Part shown: positions 38,312-47,162 of the stretch, piece after piece
Position numbering within the stretch: the stretch's first letter is position 1
How the letters are laid out: every line of letters starts with the position of its first letter
Virus record (IMG/VR): IMGVR_UViG_3300009503_000019
Span: 32,001-96,000 of that record
Strand: one strand, 5' to 3'
Source: a virus
Length of the DNA stretch: 64,000 bases
Program-made: the position numbers and the translations under genes
Notes under the pieces: generated by a model
Told to the model about the DNA's origin: nothing
Database searches by the model: none
The model's input: only the letters and a program-made list of their open reading frames with translations

Positions 38312-38947
38312 TTAAACCAGATTTTCAATTAGATATATTCTATGCCATTTAGATGGTCCATATTTTAATATATCTTGAAAGTGTCTTTTCGATCTATAAC
38401 CTTTATTTGATATAAAATCATATCTATTTTTCATACTTTTACCAATTTTTATCATTAAATAATCTCTAAATACTTTTGCAATAATTGACGCAGCAGCCAC
38501 TTCATAATAATTTTCATCTGCCTTAGGAAGAGCAATAGTCAACCCATTTATTCTAATAGGAATATTGTGGAAATCTATAGTAATTCTTGCAGTGATTTTG
38601 TCATTATGCTTCAAAAAATTTAGAAAAGGTCCTAATGCTTGTATCATTGCTAATTTTGAACACCAATTGAGATTCTTATAACTATTTATTATGTCAACAG
38701 ATACTATACCAAATGAATATAATCCATTATTTATTAGCTCTTTAGCTAATTCTAATCTCTCTTTAGGAGCTAATTGTTTTGAATCTTTTAAGTGATTTGC
38801 AATTTTTTTATTAGGAGAATAGGCGCAGGCAATTAAGGGTCCTGCAATTGCACTGACCCCTACTTCATCTACGCCTATTCTCAAATCAAAATGAGTATAT
38901 TCAAATAAGTCATACAAGGCTTCGCATTCCTGCTTTCTTGGTTTCAC
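38312..38947 (-). CDS. rnhB: Ribonuclease HII
   Basis: GVDEVG...AGP, LKDSKQL, KAD...VAAASIIAKVFRD, NKGY. Confidence 0.9.
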   Translation of the reverse strand: MKPRKQECEALYDLFEYTHFDLRIGVDEVGVSAIAGPLIACAYSPNKKIANHLKDSKQLAPKERLELAKELINNGLYSFGIVSVDIINSYKNLNWCSKLAMIQALGPFLNFLKHNDKITARITIDFHNIPIRINGLTIALPKADENYYEVAAASIIAKVFRDYLMIKIGKSMKNRYDFISNKGYRSKRHFQDILKYGPSKWHRIYLIENLV

Positions 38948-39410
38948 GAACTTTATTTAATATTTCCATTTTCTCAAACAGCATATCGAAATCTTTTATA
39001 TCAGAAGGCTTTCCGATGAAAATGCAGTAATCATATATTCTGTAAGTTGACTCTACACCAAAGTCTGTTTTTAGCCTTTTTTCATCTTTAGTGACAATAG
39101 CTATTTGCTTACCATCAGTTGCAACATAAAGATCTTTATCAGTATTAAATCTGAAATTTTTTGGAATCAATAATTGTTCTTGGAACATCATATCCGCATT
39201 TTCTTCTAATACAAATACTCGCCATTCTCCACTTTTCGGAGCAACTAACATAGTTATTTCTTTATTCTTGTCAGAATATTTGATAGGCCATGCCGCAGAT
39301 TGTTTTTCAGGAATAGCAGCAACTAGCCAGCATCTTGGAAAATTGGGGATTTTTACACCATAAATTGGTTTCAATTTAGGTTCTGTTGATTCTTTTTTCA
39401 TCATCAGCAC
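38910..39410 (-). CDS. Hypothetical protein
   Basis: GGAGG RBS, 166 aa. Confidence 0.55.
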   Translation of the reverse strand: MLMMKKESTEPKLKPIYGVKIPNFPRCWLVAAIPEKQSAAWPIKYSDKNKEITMLVAPKSGEWRVFVLEENADMMFQEQLLIPKNFRFNTDKDLYVATDGKQIAIVTKDEKRLKTDFGVESTYRIYDYCIFIGKPSDIKDFDMLFEKMEILNKVRETKKAGMRSLV

Positions 39411-39515
39411 CTCCTTAAAAATTATTTTATTTTATTTCATTTTCAATTGTCAATTAAAATTTGAATTTTTGGGGTTTCTTCATACAATGTGTTTTATAAC
39501 AAGATTTTGAAAAAT

Positions 39516-40919
39516 TTATATTGTGAATTCCTTCCCCTTTTCTGCATGCCATGAAATAAATGATGGTTGTCTGTATGCTCCTGAAGGCAATTGCTCAATA
39601 GTTCTTATTCTTGCAACTCGTCCAACATATTTTTCAGGATGCTTCCACATATCTATTTTCTCTTCTCTCGTAAATCCCGTTCCTACTGCACCTACAATAG
39701 GACCATTAGGAGTTAATGAATATCCAAATCCACCTGCGGCAATTCCTTTCATACTTCCTTTTGCAGGTAGAATTTCTCTCACATAAACATCCACATCTTT
39801 TTTGAATTTCGCTTTCAATGGTTTTTGCCAGTTAGTTAAATTCTGTATAACTATACCTTCAATAGTTTCAGGAACTTTGCCAGATTTTATACGTTCCATT
39901 AAATCTAATTTTTCATGTGGCTCAATTGCATATTCCGGTACTTCTATGCCAGGAATTTTGGATTCAATTTCATGTAATAATTTCAATTTTTCTGCATACG
40001 GCAATTGAGATACATCTTTTCCTTTATATTTTTCAATATCAAATACAGTAGTTCTTGGAATTGCTCCTAATTGATTTAATATTGCACGAGAAGTCCATGT
40101 ATTTGAATTTGTATATTTAATAATTTCATTTATAGGAATAAACCTGCCTGTTTTTTTACTTACTAAAAATAATTCCCCTCTAGCAACTGTTCCTTTTAAC
40201 TCTGGAGCATGTATATTAAATAAATGTGGAATTTTATATGTATGTTCTATCAATCCAGTTTCAGACAATACTGAATCTCTAGGAGAAAATATTTTTAATT
40301 TACCATTAGGTTTAAAATAATATACAACTTGTACACCATCGTCTTTTCTGGAGAATAAATAATTAGGGTCATGTACATATTTCTTGGCGTCTTCAATAGA
40401 GATTTCTTTAAATTTTGGTCTATCATCGGGAACATCCGGTAATGAAGATCTATCGTCAGTGACATCCATAAAAAGCCATTGATTACCACTAGTTCTTTTT
40501 AGTAAGTATTCTCTTACAGTATTTCCACGATATATATTAAATCTAATTTCATTATCATCAGCATGTAGTATTTCAGCATTATCTCTCTCTACAATTCTAA
40601 CTGTTCCTTCGCCATATCCTGGACCAATTTCTCCTTCAAAATTGAAATAATCAATATCATGTGTAAATGTTTGATTTGCTAGTCTGGGCTGCCCGCGTGT
40701 AGGTAAATACCTAACTGCCCATGAATGGCCGTGTCCTGTTTTTGGATCTCCTAATCTGACATCATAATGTTTTCCTGCTCTTTTTGCTTGATGCTCCTGT
40801 ATAACAAATTCCCATATTTCAGGCTGAGTTACAGGCCTGATTCTATGCGTAGTTGTAGGCAATGGAATGCCTGGAGCGAATTCTTTTTTTCCTGCAGAAT
40901 ATTTTAATAATGTGTCCAT
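39516..40919 (-). CDS. ATP-dependent DNA ligase fused to LigD-type 3'-phosphoesterase domain
   Basis: FVIQEHQA..HYDVRL..HSWA..THDIDY..FEG..GYGEG (PE domain); KDDG, VFDI, EGIVI, KAK (ligase); OB-fold VGTGF. Confidence 0.85.
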   Translation of the reverse strand: MDTLLKYSAGKKEFAPGIPLPTTTHRIRPVTQPEIWEFVIQEHQAKRAGKHYDVRLGDPKTGHGHSWAVRYLPTRGQPRLANQTFTHDIDYFNFEGEIGPGYGEGTVRIVERDNAEILHADDNEIRFNIYRGNTVREYLLKRTSGNQWLFMDVTDDRSSLPDVPDDRPKFKEISIEDAKKYVHDPNYLFSRKDDGVQVVYYFKPNGKLKIFSPRDSVLSETGLIEHTYKIPHLFNIHAPELKGTVARGELFLVSKKTGRFIPINEIIKYTNSNTWTSRAILNQLGAIPRTTVFDIEKYKGKDVSQLPYAEKLKLLHEIESKIPGIEVPEYAIEPHEKLDLMERIKSGKVPETIEGIVIQNLTNWQKPLKAKFKKDVDVYVREILPAKGSMKGIAAGGFGYSLTPNGPIVGAVGTGFTREEKIDMWKHPEKYVGRVARIRTIEQLPSGAYRQPSFISWHAEKGKEFTI

Positions 40920-40975
40920 TTTTAACAATCTTAACAAAAATTGAATTATTTTTCAAAATAAGCGATAATAATAAC

Positions 40976-42331
40976 ATGCACTTTTTAACAATATTAGACA
41001 CACCATGTATGACCTTTCAGTTATTAAAAGAAGGGCATAAAATCACTATTCTTGCTTTAAAAGATTTTGAAAAAACAAAAGAATTATATAAAGATATAAA
41101 AAATGTGAAAATTATAAATAATGCTAGTGATATTCCTTCAGATGTGGACTTTGCAATATTCGTAGGTGCAACTAATCGTGAATTTATGGTTGCATCACAA
41201 TTAAGAAAAAGAATTCCTGGTTTACTCGCTCCTTTAGAATTAATTCAACTGGAATTGGATAGAGAACTTGGTAAGAAAGTCGCTATGTCTTTAGGTTTAA
41301 ATGTTCCTAAATACGCACAAATGAAAATTTCAGAAGCTGTTAATTATGTTAAGACCAGAAAAGTGCCTCAGGTCATAAAAGCAATAAAAAATAAACCCAC
41401 ATTCAGTACTACTATATGCAATACTATAGATGATACGATCTTTTCATTGATTAAACTGCAAAAGATTTTAGGAGATGTTGATGTAGAGGTAGAAGATAAG
41501 ATTTTTGGTACTGAAATAGGTGTTGAGAGTTTCTTTAATGGTAGAACATTCATGAAACCAATAAATATCAGTTTTGAACATAAACATCCATATGATGGGG
41601 ATATGGGACCATTAAGTCCTGAAGCAGGAACACTCATGTATTATGAATTTCCTTCTTTATTGTATATGGAAACTTTATATAAAATTGAACCATTATTAGC
41701 GCGATTTGGCTATCATGGTGATTTCGCAATGGGAATGATGCTGGAATATGAAACAAATAAACTATACTTTCTTGAATTTACTGTTCGATTTGGATATCCA
41801 GAAATAATGATACAATTATCTGCAATGAAGAATATGACATTGTCGGAATTATTCTTAACAATTTATAACGGAAAGCGTGATACTTTAGATATAGAAGACA
41901 AATTTATTAATGGGATTTGTTATCAAACTGGAGGAGCTCCTATACCTGCAGGTATGAAAGTGGGAGAGGGGCATTTAATTAATTATAAAAATAAAGGATT
42001 AACAATTAAAGATCTATACAATCCGCCAGAAAATACATATTTCGTAGATATAGAAAGAATTGATGATTATATCGCGGCAGCTGCTGCGCCTATGCCACTG
42101 GTTGCAACGGGTAGCGGATATACTGCAGCAGAAGCAGTTTTAAATTCTTATTTAAATATTCAAAATTTTTCAATTGTCTATGGATTTTATAGAACTGATA
42201 TTGGAAGAAAAATGATTGAGGAAGGTTGCAAACATGTATATGAAGCAGGTTATATGGACAATAATAGATTCTCAAGATTTTATGTTCCTCAGTTTGATGT
42301 GAGAAGTTTATTAAAGAATTTTGTAATATGA
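40976..42331 (+). CDS. PurD-like ATP-grasp ligase
   Basis: LELDRELGK, FEHKHPYDGDMGP...AGT, YFLEFTVRFGYP; likely start at 40976. Confidence 0.75.
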   Translation: MHFLTILDTPCMTFQLLKEGHKITILALKDFEKTKELYKDIKNVKIINNASDIPSDVDFAIFVGATNREFMVASQLRKRIPGLLAPLELIQLELDRELGKKVAMSLGLNVPKYAQMKISEAVNYVKTRKVPQVIKAIKNKPTFSTTICNTIDDTIFSLIKLQKILGDVDVEVEDKIFGTEIGVESFFNGRTFMKPINISFEHKHPYDGDMGPLSPEAGTLMYYEFPSLLYMETLYKIEPLLARFGYHGDFAMGMMLEYETNKLYFLEFTVRFGYPEIMIQLSAMKNMTLSELFLTIYNGKRDTLDIEDKFINGICYQTGGAPIPAGMKVGEGHLINYKNKGLTIKDLYNPPENTYFVDIERIDDYIAAAAAPMPLVATGSGYTAAEAVLNSYLNIQNFSIVYGFYRTDIGRKMIEEGCKHVYEAGYMDNNRFSRFYVPQFDVRSLLKNFVI

Positions 42332-42969
42332 AAGATTATTTTTTACTAATGGCAATGCAATGCCCAGAGGAATTTGGTTTATATATTAAAAATAAATTAC
42401 CTTCTTTATTATCTAGACTACTTAAAGATACAATTATTAATATGCATATTGAAGAAAATGAATTACCTGAATATGTAGTTAAAGAGGAAGTTCCAGCCGA
42501 AGTAGATGAAGAAAAAAATAAAATTGATATTTATATTCCAATAATAAAACAAAAAAATAATCCCGATGAAGAATTATTATTAACAGTTTATCATGAGCTA
42601 TTTCATATATTTTCTTATCATATTTCTTTTTATAATAGACTTGAATCTGTATTAAAAGGATATATAAGTGATTTTCTGGGAATTACTAAAGAAGATATTG
42701 AAGAATTTTTACTTGATGTTGAACAATTCGATATCAAAGAATTCATCAAATACGCAGGATTAGAAAAGAGCTGGAATGAGGATTATTTAAAAGAATGTGC
42801 GGAACTTGATAAAGATAATGGTATTTTAAAATATATTAAAAATGATTTATTAAGAGGAATAATTGAAGATGCGTTTGCAGAAACATTTGCAAGAATGATG
42901 ATAGGATTGAAAATAGATATAAATTGCCTTCCATTTGAAAAATTATTAAAAAAGATAAATTTCTATTGA
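42328..42969 (+). CDS. HExxH putative metallopeptidase
   Basis: TVYHELFH with downstream EDAFAE. Confidence 0.5.
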   Translation: MKDYFLLMAMQCPEEFGLYIKNKLPSLLSRLLKDTIINMHIEENELPEYVVKEEVPAEVDEEKNKIDIYIPIIKQKNNPDEELLLTVYHELFHIFSYHISFYNRLESVLKGYISDFLGITKEDIEEFLLDVEQFDIKEFIKYAGLEKSWNEDYLKECAELDKDNGILKYIKNDLLRGIIEDAFAETFARMMIGLKIDINCLPFEKLLKKINFY

Positions 42970-43283
42970 CAAATAATTTTTTATTTTTTAAATTGTTATT
43001 AATGAAAGAGAAATTGTCATCAGCACAGGATGCCATAAAACAGTTTTGCTTATTCTGTTTGAATATTGAGAGGAAAACTCATACTTATTATACTTCAGAG
43101 TTAGTAAAGAGATTATGTAATGCTATTGATTGCCCATTCTGGCCCGATAATAATCCTTTGAGACATCCTTTAAAAGCAATAAAATTAAAATGTAAAGATT
43201 GTAGTCCTTATGGACATGAGTCTGATGGATGTTTTCAATGTTCTATATATGAATGGCTAAGATTGAGAGAAAAAGCAGGCTAA
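42966..43283 (-). CDS. Small Cys-rich (zinc-binding) protein
   Basis: AIKQFCLFC...C..DCPFWP and AIKLKCKDC...C..CSIY duplicated motif. Confidence 0.6.
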
Positions 43284-43555
43284 TATCCTCTCCTTCTCCA
43301 CTCAAGAGCTCTAGGATGTTGTGAATGATAGGCACTTCGTTTACGACCTTTCTCAGTGAGTTGCATTGTTCCTGGTTTCAAATAACCAGTTCTTTGTAAT
43401 TGCTTCACGGCAATTGCATATGCTTGTTCTCTTGTATATTCAGGATGCTCTTTCATTATTCTAGCGGCAACGTGATCAACTAATTCAGGAGTAGGATCTC
43501 CTCTTTCTCTACCCGCTATCTTTTCATATACTACTTTAAAAATCCTATTCCACAT
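43280..43555 (-). CDS. Small basic protein with MW..IF...Y.KIA leader
   Basis: MWNRIFKVVYEKIAG; EQAYAIA motif; has its own promoter. Confidence 0.65.
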   Translation of the reverse strand: MWNRIFKVVYEKIAGRERGDPTPELVDHVAARIMKEHPEYTREQAYAIAVKQLQRTGYLKPGTMQLTEKGRKRSAYHSQHPRALEWRRRGY

Positions 43556-43583
43556 TTTATCCTTCTTCAATAAATATATTATT

Positions 43584-43612
43584 ATTTTATAAGATACAAA
43601 TATTAAAGTCAA
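43584..43612 (-). promoter_or_regulatory. sigma70-like promoter
   Basis: TTGACT-N17-TAAAAT on the minus strand. Confidence 0.6.
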
Positions 43613-43626
43613 ATTTCAGTTTAGAT

Positions 43627-43655
43627 TTGACAAAAATTTTTTTAAATTATATAAT
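43627..43655 (+). promoter_or_regulatory. Consensus sigma70 promoter
   Basis: TTGACA-N17-TATAAT. Confidence 0.75.
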
Positions 43656-43661
43656 CAAAGC

Positions 43662-43898
43662 ATGGAAGTATTTAGTTATATTATTACTGGGATTATCTCA
43701 ATATACGCTGGTGTTTTAATATATTTAATTAGACATTCAATAACAAATAAAAAAGAAATAGATGAACAGATCAAAAATTTAGAAAAACAAATAGTAGAAT
43801 TACAGACATGTTTAAAAGACACAAAGCAAATCATACAGGATTTAAGAGAAAAAATAGAGAAGGTTGATGAAAGACTATGGAAATCTACAAAGAAATAA
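43662..43898 (+). CDS. Holin-like single-TM plus coiled-coil protein
   Basis: N-terminal TM helix followed by heptad repeats. Confidence 0.45.
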   Translation: MEVFSYIITGIISIYAGVLIYLIRHSITNKKEIDEQIKNLEKQIVELQTCLKDTKQIIQDLREKIEKVDERLWKSTKK

Positions 43899-44059
43899 AA
43901 AATGAGTTATTAAAATTATATTCAAGTGTGGACATGTTAGAGAAACTTGTAGATTTGACCATTGTTAATTCCGGAAAATTTCATAAAAAGAAAACCATTC
44001 ATTTTAAAACAGGAAAATCAAATAATTGTAAAAAAAATGGAAAAGGAGAATATAAATGA
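43877..44059 (+). CDS. Small hypothetical protein
   Basis: Coupled ORF. Confidence 0.4.
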   Translation: MEIYKEIKNELLKLYSSVDMLEKLVDLTIVNSGKFHKKKTIHFKTGKSNNCKKNGKGEYK

Positions 44060-44409
44060 TAGCTATCATACCTCCTTATCAAGAGACTATAACATGTCAG
44101 GCTAATCAAACAACAACAAAGACTTATAGAACTAATAGGATAGTAAGAGATTTTTGTATTTATATTATTTCAAAAACTTCTACTACTGCAACAATAAATA
44201 TTAAATATGGAGATACAGTGAGAGATACAGGTAGTTATACAACTGCACAAAAAATAGTTCATGTTTTTACTGAAAATGCTACATTTCCTGCATTAGCAAA
44301 AATGGATGGAACAGATTTAGGGTTATTTGATCTTGTTATAGAGATTACTCCAGGAACAACAACAGACTTTATTATTCTTATTTTTGGATCTCCTGTAAGA
44401 GACTTTTAG
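44056..44409 (+). CDS. Beta-rich hypothetical protein
   Basis: AGGAG RBS; Thr-rich beta-sandwich-like composition. Confidence 0.5.
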   Translation: MIAIIPPYQETITCQANQTTTKTYRTNRIVRDFCIYIISKTSTTATINIKYGDTVRDTGSYTTAQKIVHVFTENATFPALAKMDGTDLGLFDLVIEITPGTTTDFIILIFGSPVRDF

Positions 44410-44688
44410 ACAATCACTGATCTGCAAAAATAGGGGTATAAAATTACGAACATTATTAGAATCAAAAAAATAAGTATATTGAAAAATGTATAGTTACGTG
44501 AAAAATTAAGAATCAATTTTATATTAATCAAATAACTTACAAAATTTATATAATTTTTTCCGATATGTTAACCATTTTTGCCTTCGAAATTTCAACGATC
44601 TCCGGCGACCCCCTAGTAACCCCCTTACCCGGTATTCAAAAATCAAAAAATAAGCAAAATTGTTTATTTTCTATGTTTAGAAAATTAC

Positions 44689-45471
44689 TTATTGTGAGAA
44701 TAAATTTAAGTTAGCAAATTCAATTCTATTTTTTAATCGCTTAATTGCTTTTTCAAAATAATTATCATTTTTCTCAATGCATATCCATCTTCTTTTTGTT
44801 TCTTCACAAGCAAGGGCTGTTGAACCACTTCCAGCAAATGGATCCAATACTAAATCATTTTCATTTGTTAGATATAAAATCCAGGTTTTTAATACATTCA
44901 CAGGTTTTTCTGTGGGATGAAATCTATTTTGATTTTTATAAGATGCTTCAATATATGCTTTTTCCTGTCCTAGTTGATAATTAAAAATGTAGCCTTTCTT
45001 TGGAGAAGCCTCTCCTTTTACAGCCCAAAAAGCTGAGACAATGTTTCTCATGAAATCAATGCGACGTGCCCTTGGAGTCGGATTCTTCAGTATATATCCA
45101 ATATCCATCATTATATCCATATTATTTTCTTTACATAATTGATATAGATAATTCATTCTTAATCTGTCAAAAAAGATGATTATACTTCTATAAGGTTTTA
45201 ATATACGAATACATTCTAAAAACCATTTTTTTGTCCATTCAAGATATTCTTGTTCAGATTGGAATTCATCCCAGTCCCATCCAATTTCAATATCTGATCC
45301 ACGATATTTTCCTTTATCTTTTTTTCTACGAATAATTGTTTGTTCGCGAATAAAATATGGTGGATCAGTTAAAATCATATCAATACTTTCAGAAGGTAAT
45401 GTTGGTAGAATTTCAAAGCAATCTGCTTTATAGAATCTTCCATTATTAATGTCGACAACGTTCTCTTTCAT
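44689..45471 (-). CDS. Orphan DNA methyltransferase (N6-A/N4-C, beta class)
   Basis: TDPPY before HPTEKP and DPFAGSGS. Confidence 0.9.
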   Translation of the reverse strand: MKENVVDINNGRFYKADCFEILPTLPSESIDMILTDPPYFIREQTIIRRKKDKGKYRGSDIEIGWDWDEFQSEQEYLEWTKKWFLECIRILKPYRSIIIFFDRLRMNYLYQLCKENNMDIMMDIGYILKNPTPRARRIDFMRNIVSAFWAVKGEASPKKGYIFNYQLGQEKAYIEASYKNQNRFHPTEKPVNVLKTWILYLTNENDLVLDPFAGSGSTALACEETKRRWICIEKNDNYFEKAIKRLKNRIEFANLNLFSQ

Positions 45472-45494
45472 TGTATCTCCTTATTGTTATTTAT

Positions 45495-46022
45495 TTAGAA
45501 ATTGAATCGTAAAAATAATCCTGCTTGCCATCGTTTATCACTATCTATTTGGCCATATCCTCCCAGGTCAATATCTTTGAACATGAATGGAACATATTCA
45601 ATCCTGGGTGTTATAATCCATTCTGGAGCAAGTGATATATTTACACTTACATTACCTCGTAATAAGCTGAATACCCTTTTTGGCTTCAACTTCGGACACT
45701 CCGGACATTTAATCTCCAACTGGGGAAGCGTTGCACTTATTGGTTCTGGGCATTTTGTAATTCCAGACGGAAATGTTATGGTAGCAGTAATTTCTCCTGA
45801 ATAAGGTTTCTCCCGCCATTTCACAATATATTTCGTTTTCCATTTATAAACTACTTGTGTTGCAGGTTGTGGACTAACCTGTTCAATTGGGCATACTTGT
45901 TGATTCCCTGATATCTGCGGTGGAGTTATTGGTTGAGGAGATTTGCATAATTCATACTGAATATACAAAGCAACAATAAGTAAAATATTTAAAATTATTG
46001 AGGTTATCAATATTTTTTTCAT
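45495..46022 (-). CDS. Putative spanin-like lysis protein
   Basis: N-terminal TM, Pro/Cys-rich linker, C-terminal beta-strands ending in Phe; downstream of the endolysin. Confidence 0.45.
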   Translation of the reverse strand: MKKILITSIILNILLIVALYIQYELCKSPQPITPPQISGNQQVCPIEQVSPQPATQVVYKWKTKYIVKWREKPYSGEITATITFPSGITKCPEPISATLPQLEIKCPECPKLKPKRVFSLLRGNVSVNISLAPEWIITPRIEYVPFMFKDIDLGGYGQIDSDKRWQAGLFLRFNF

Positions 46023-46032
46023 TTTATCCTCC

Positions 46033-46119
46033 TTAACAATGTTTAATCAAAACAATAATTCCAATTATCAATATCCAAATAAGAGTTCCGATTAATACAC
46101 CAATTGAAAGTCCTCTCAT
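46033..46119 (-). CDS. 28-aa single-TM peptide (not in ORF track)
   Basis: MRGLSIGVLIGTLIWILIIGIIVLIKHC; GGAGG RBS; ATGA overlap with the amidase stop. Confidence 0.55.
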   Translation of the reverse strand: MRGLSIGVLIGTLIWILIIGIIVLIKHC

Positions 46120-46763
46120 TTTTTTGTTCCTCCACTTTGAATCCATTGATTTATTTCTATGCATGATTTCCATATTGCTTTTGCAATAGCATCAATCCAT
46201 GTACCGTCTTTAAGTAAAGAAAAATGTATAACATTGTCAATGAAAGCGGGTTCGTATATGAACGCAGGGCATTTGAATTTCTTAACTATATCATATCCTC
46301 TATCACCTTCTTTCAAATTCCATATTGTATCTTTTGATTCATCAAAATCTTTAACTGAAATACCTAAAAATTTCATTGTATTATTTGAGAGTATTTGTCC
46401 ATAAGCGGTTTCAATTTTAGTTAGTTCATTTTGTGAAATTATTTTATCATCAAGATATCCCAGAACACTCATTATAAGTGCATAATTCCCTTTGCCACTG
46501 TTTAAATGGCACTGAATATATAGATCATTTTCATTAAAATTTTGATTTACCCAGTTTCTTCTTTTCCAATAATCCCCAACAAGAATATTTTTTGTTGGAT
46601 CTGATATAAATACTTCAATTGAATGTTCTGTTTTCAACAATTCATATGCTTTTTTGGCATACATTAATGCAAAATCAGCTTCATAAAAACCTTGATAAAA
46701 TGCTCCTTTATCGTCCTTATTTGAATCTTTATACAAATGCCCTATGTCAAGCGCTACTTTCAT
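46116..46763 (-). CDS. N-acetylmuramoyl-L-alanine amidase (Amidase_3) endolysin
   Basis: VALDIGH, E(ADFA), CHLNS, IYEPAFIDN. Confidence 0.8.
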   Translation of the reverse strand: MKVALDIGHLYKDSNKDDKGAFYQGFYEADFALMYAKKAYELLKTEHSIEVFISDPTKNILVGDYWKRRNWVNQNFNENDLYIQCHLNSGKGNYALIMSVLGYLDDKIISQNELTKIETAYGQILSNNTMKFLGISVKDFDESKDTIWNLKEGDRGYDIVKKFKCPAFIYEPAFIDNVIHFSLLKDGTWIDAIAKAIWKSCIEINQWIQSGGTKK

Positions 46764-46805
46764 AATTGCAACCTCCTTATTCAGAGAAAATTATATCAAA
46801 AAAAA

Positions 46806-47162
46806 TTATTTTTTAAACAATTTATTTAAAGTTTTTTTAAAATCTTTTAGAGAGCTATAATAGTCTTCTCCTTCAGCTTCTACATTGTCTTTAGTTCGTC
46901 TTAATAAAATTTTATTGTGCCAATCGTTTTTTTGATATCTTACATCCGGAACAAAGAAGTATACATATTTATCATTCTTTTTGACATATCCCCAGATAAA
47001 ATAATGTCCAACACTATGTTTATCTAATTTGGCTCCTTTAGGTAGATTCTCTCTGACATGATTTAGGAATAATAATGCGAATTTTTTAAAATCTCTTGTT
47101 GTTTTGACGCCACTTTTAAATTCCCAATTCAAATAATCTTCAAGTTTTTTTGGAAGCTTCAT
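46806..47162 (-). CDS. Hypothetical protein
   Basis: GGAGG RBS, 118 aa. Confidence 0.55.
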   Translation of the reverse strand: MKLPKKLEDYLNWEFKSGVKTTRDFKKFALLFLNHVRENLPKGAKLDKHSVGHYFIWGYVKKNDKYVYFFVPDVRYQKNDWHNKILLRRTKDNVEAEGEDYYSSLKDFKKTLNKLFKK

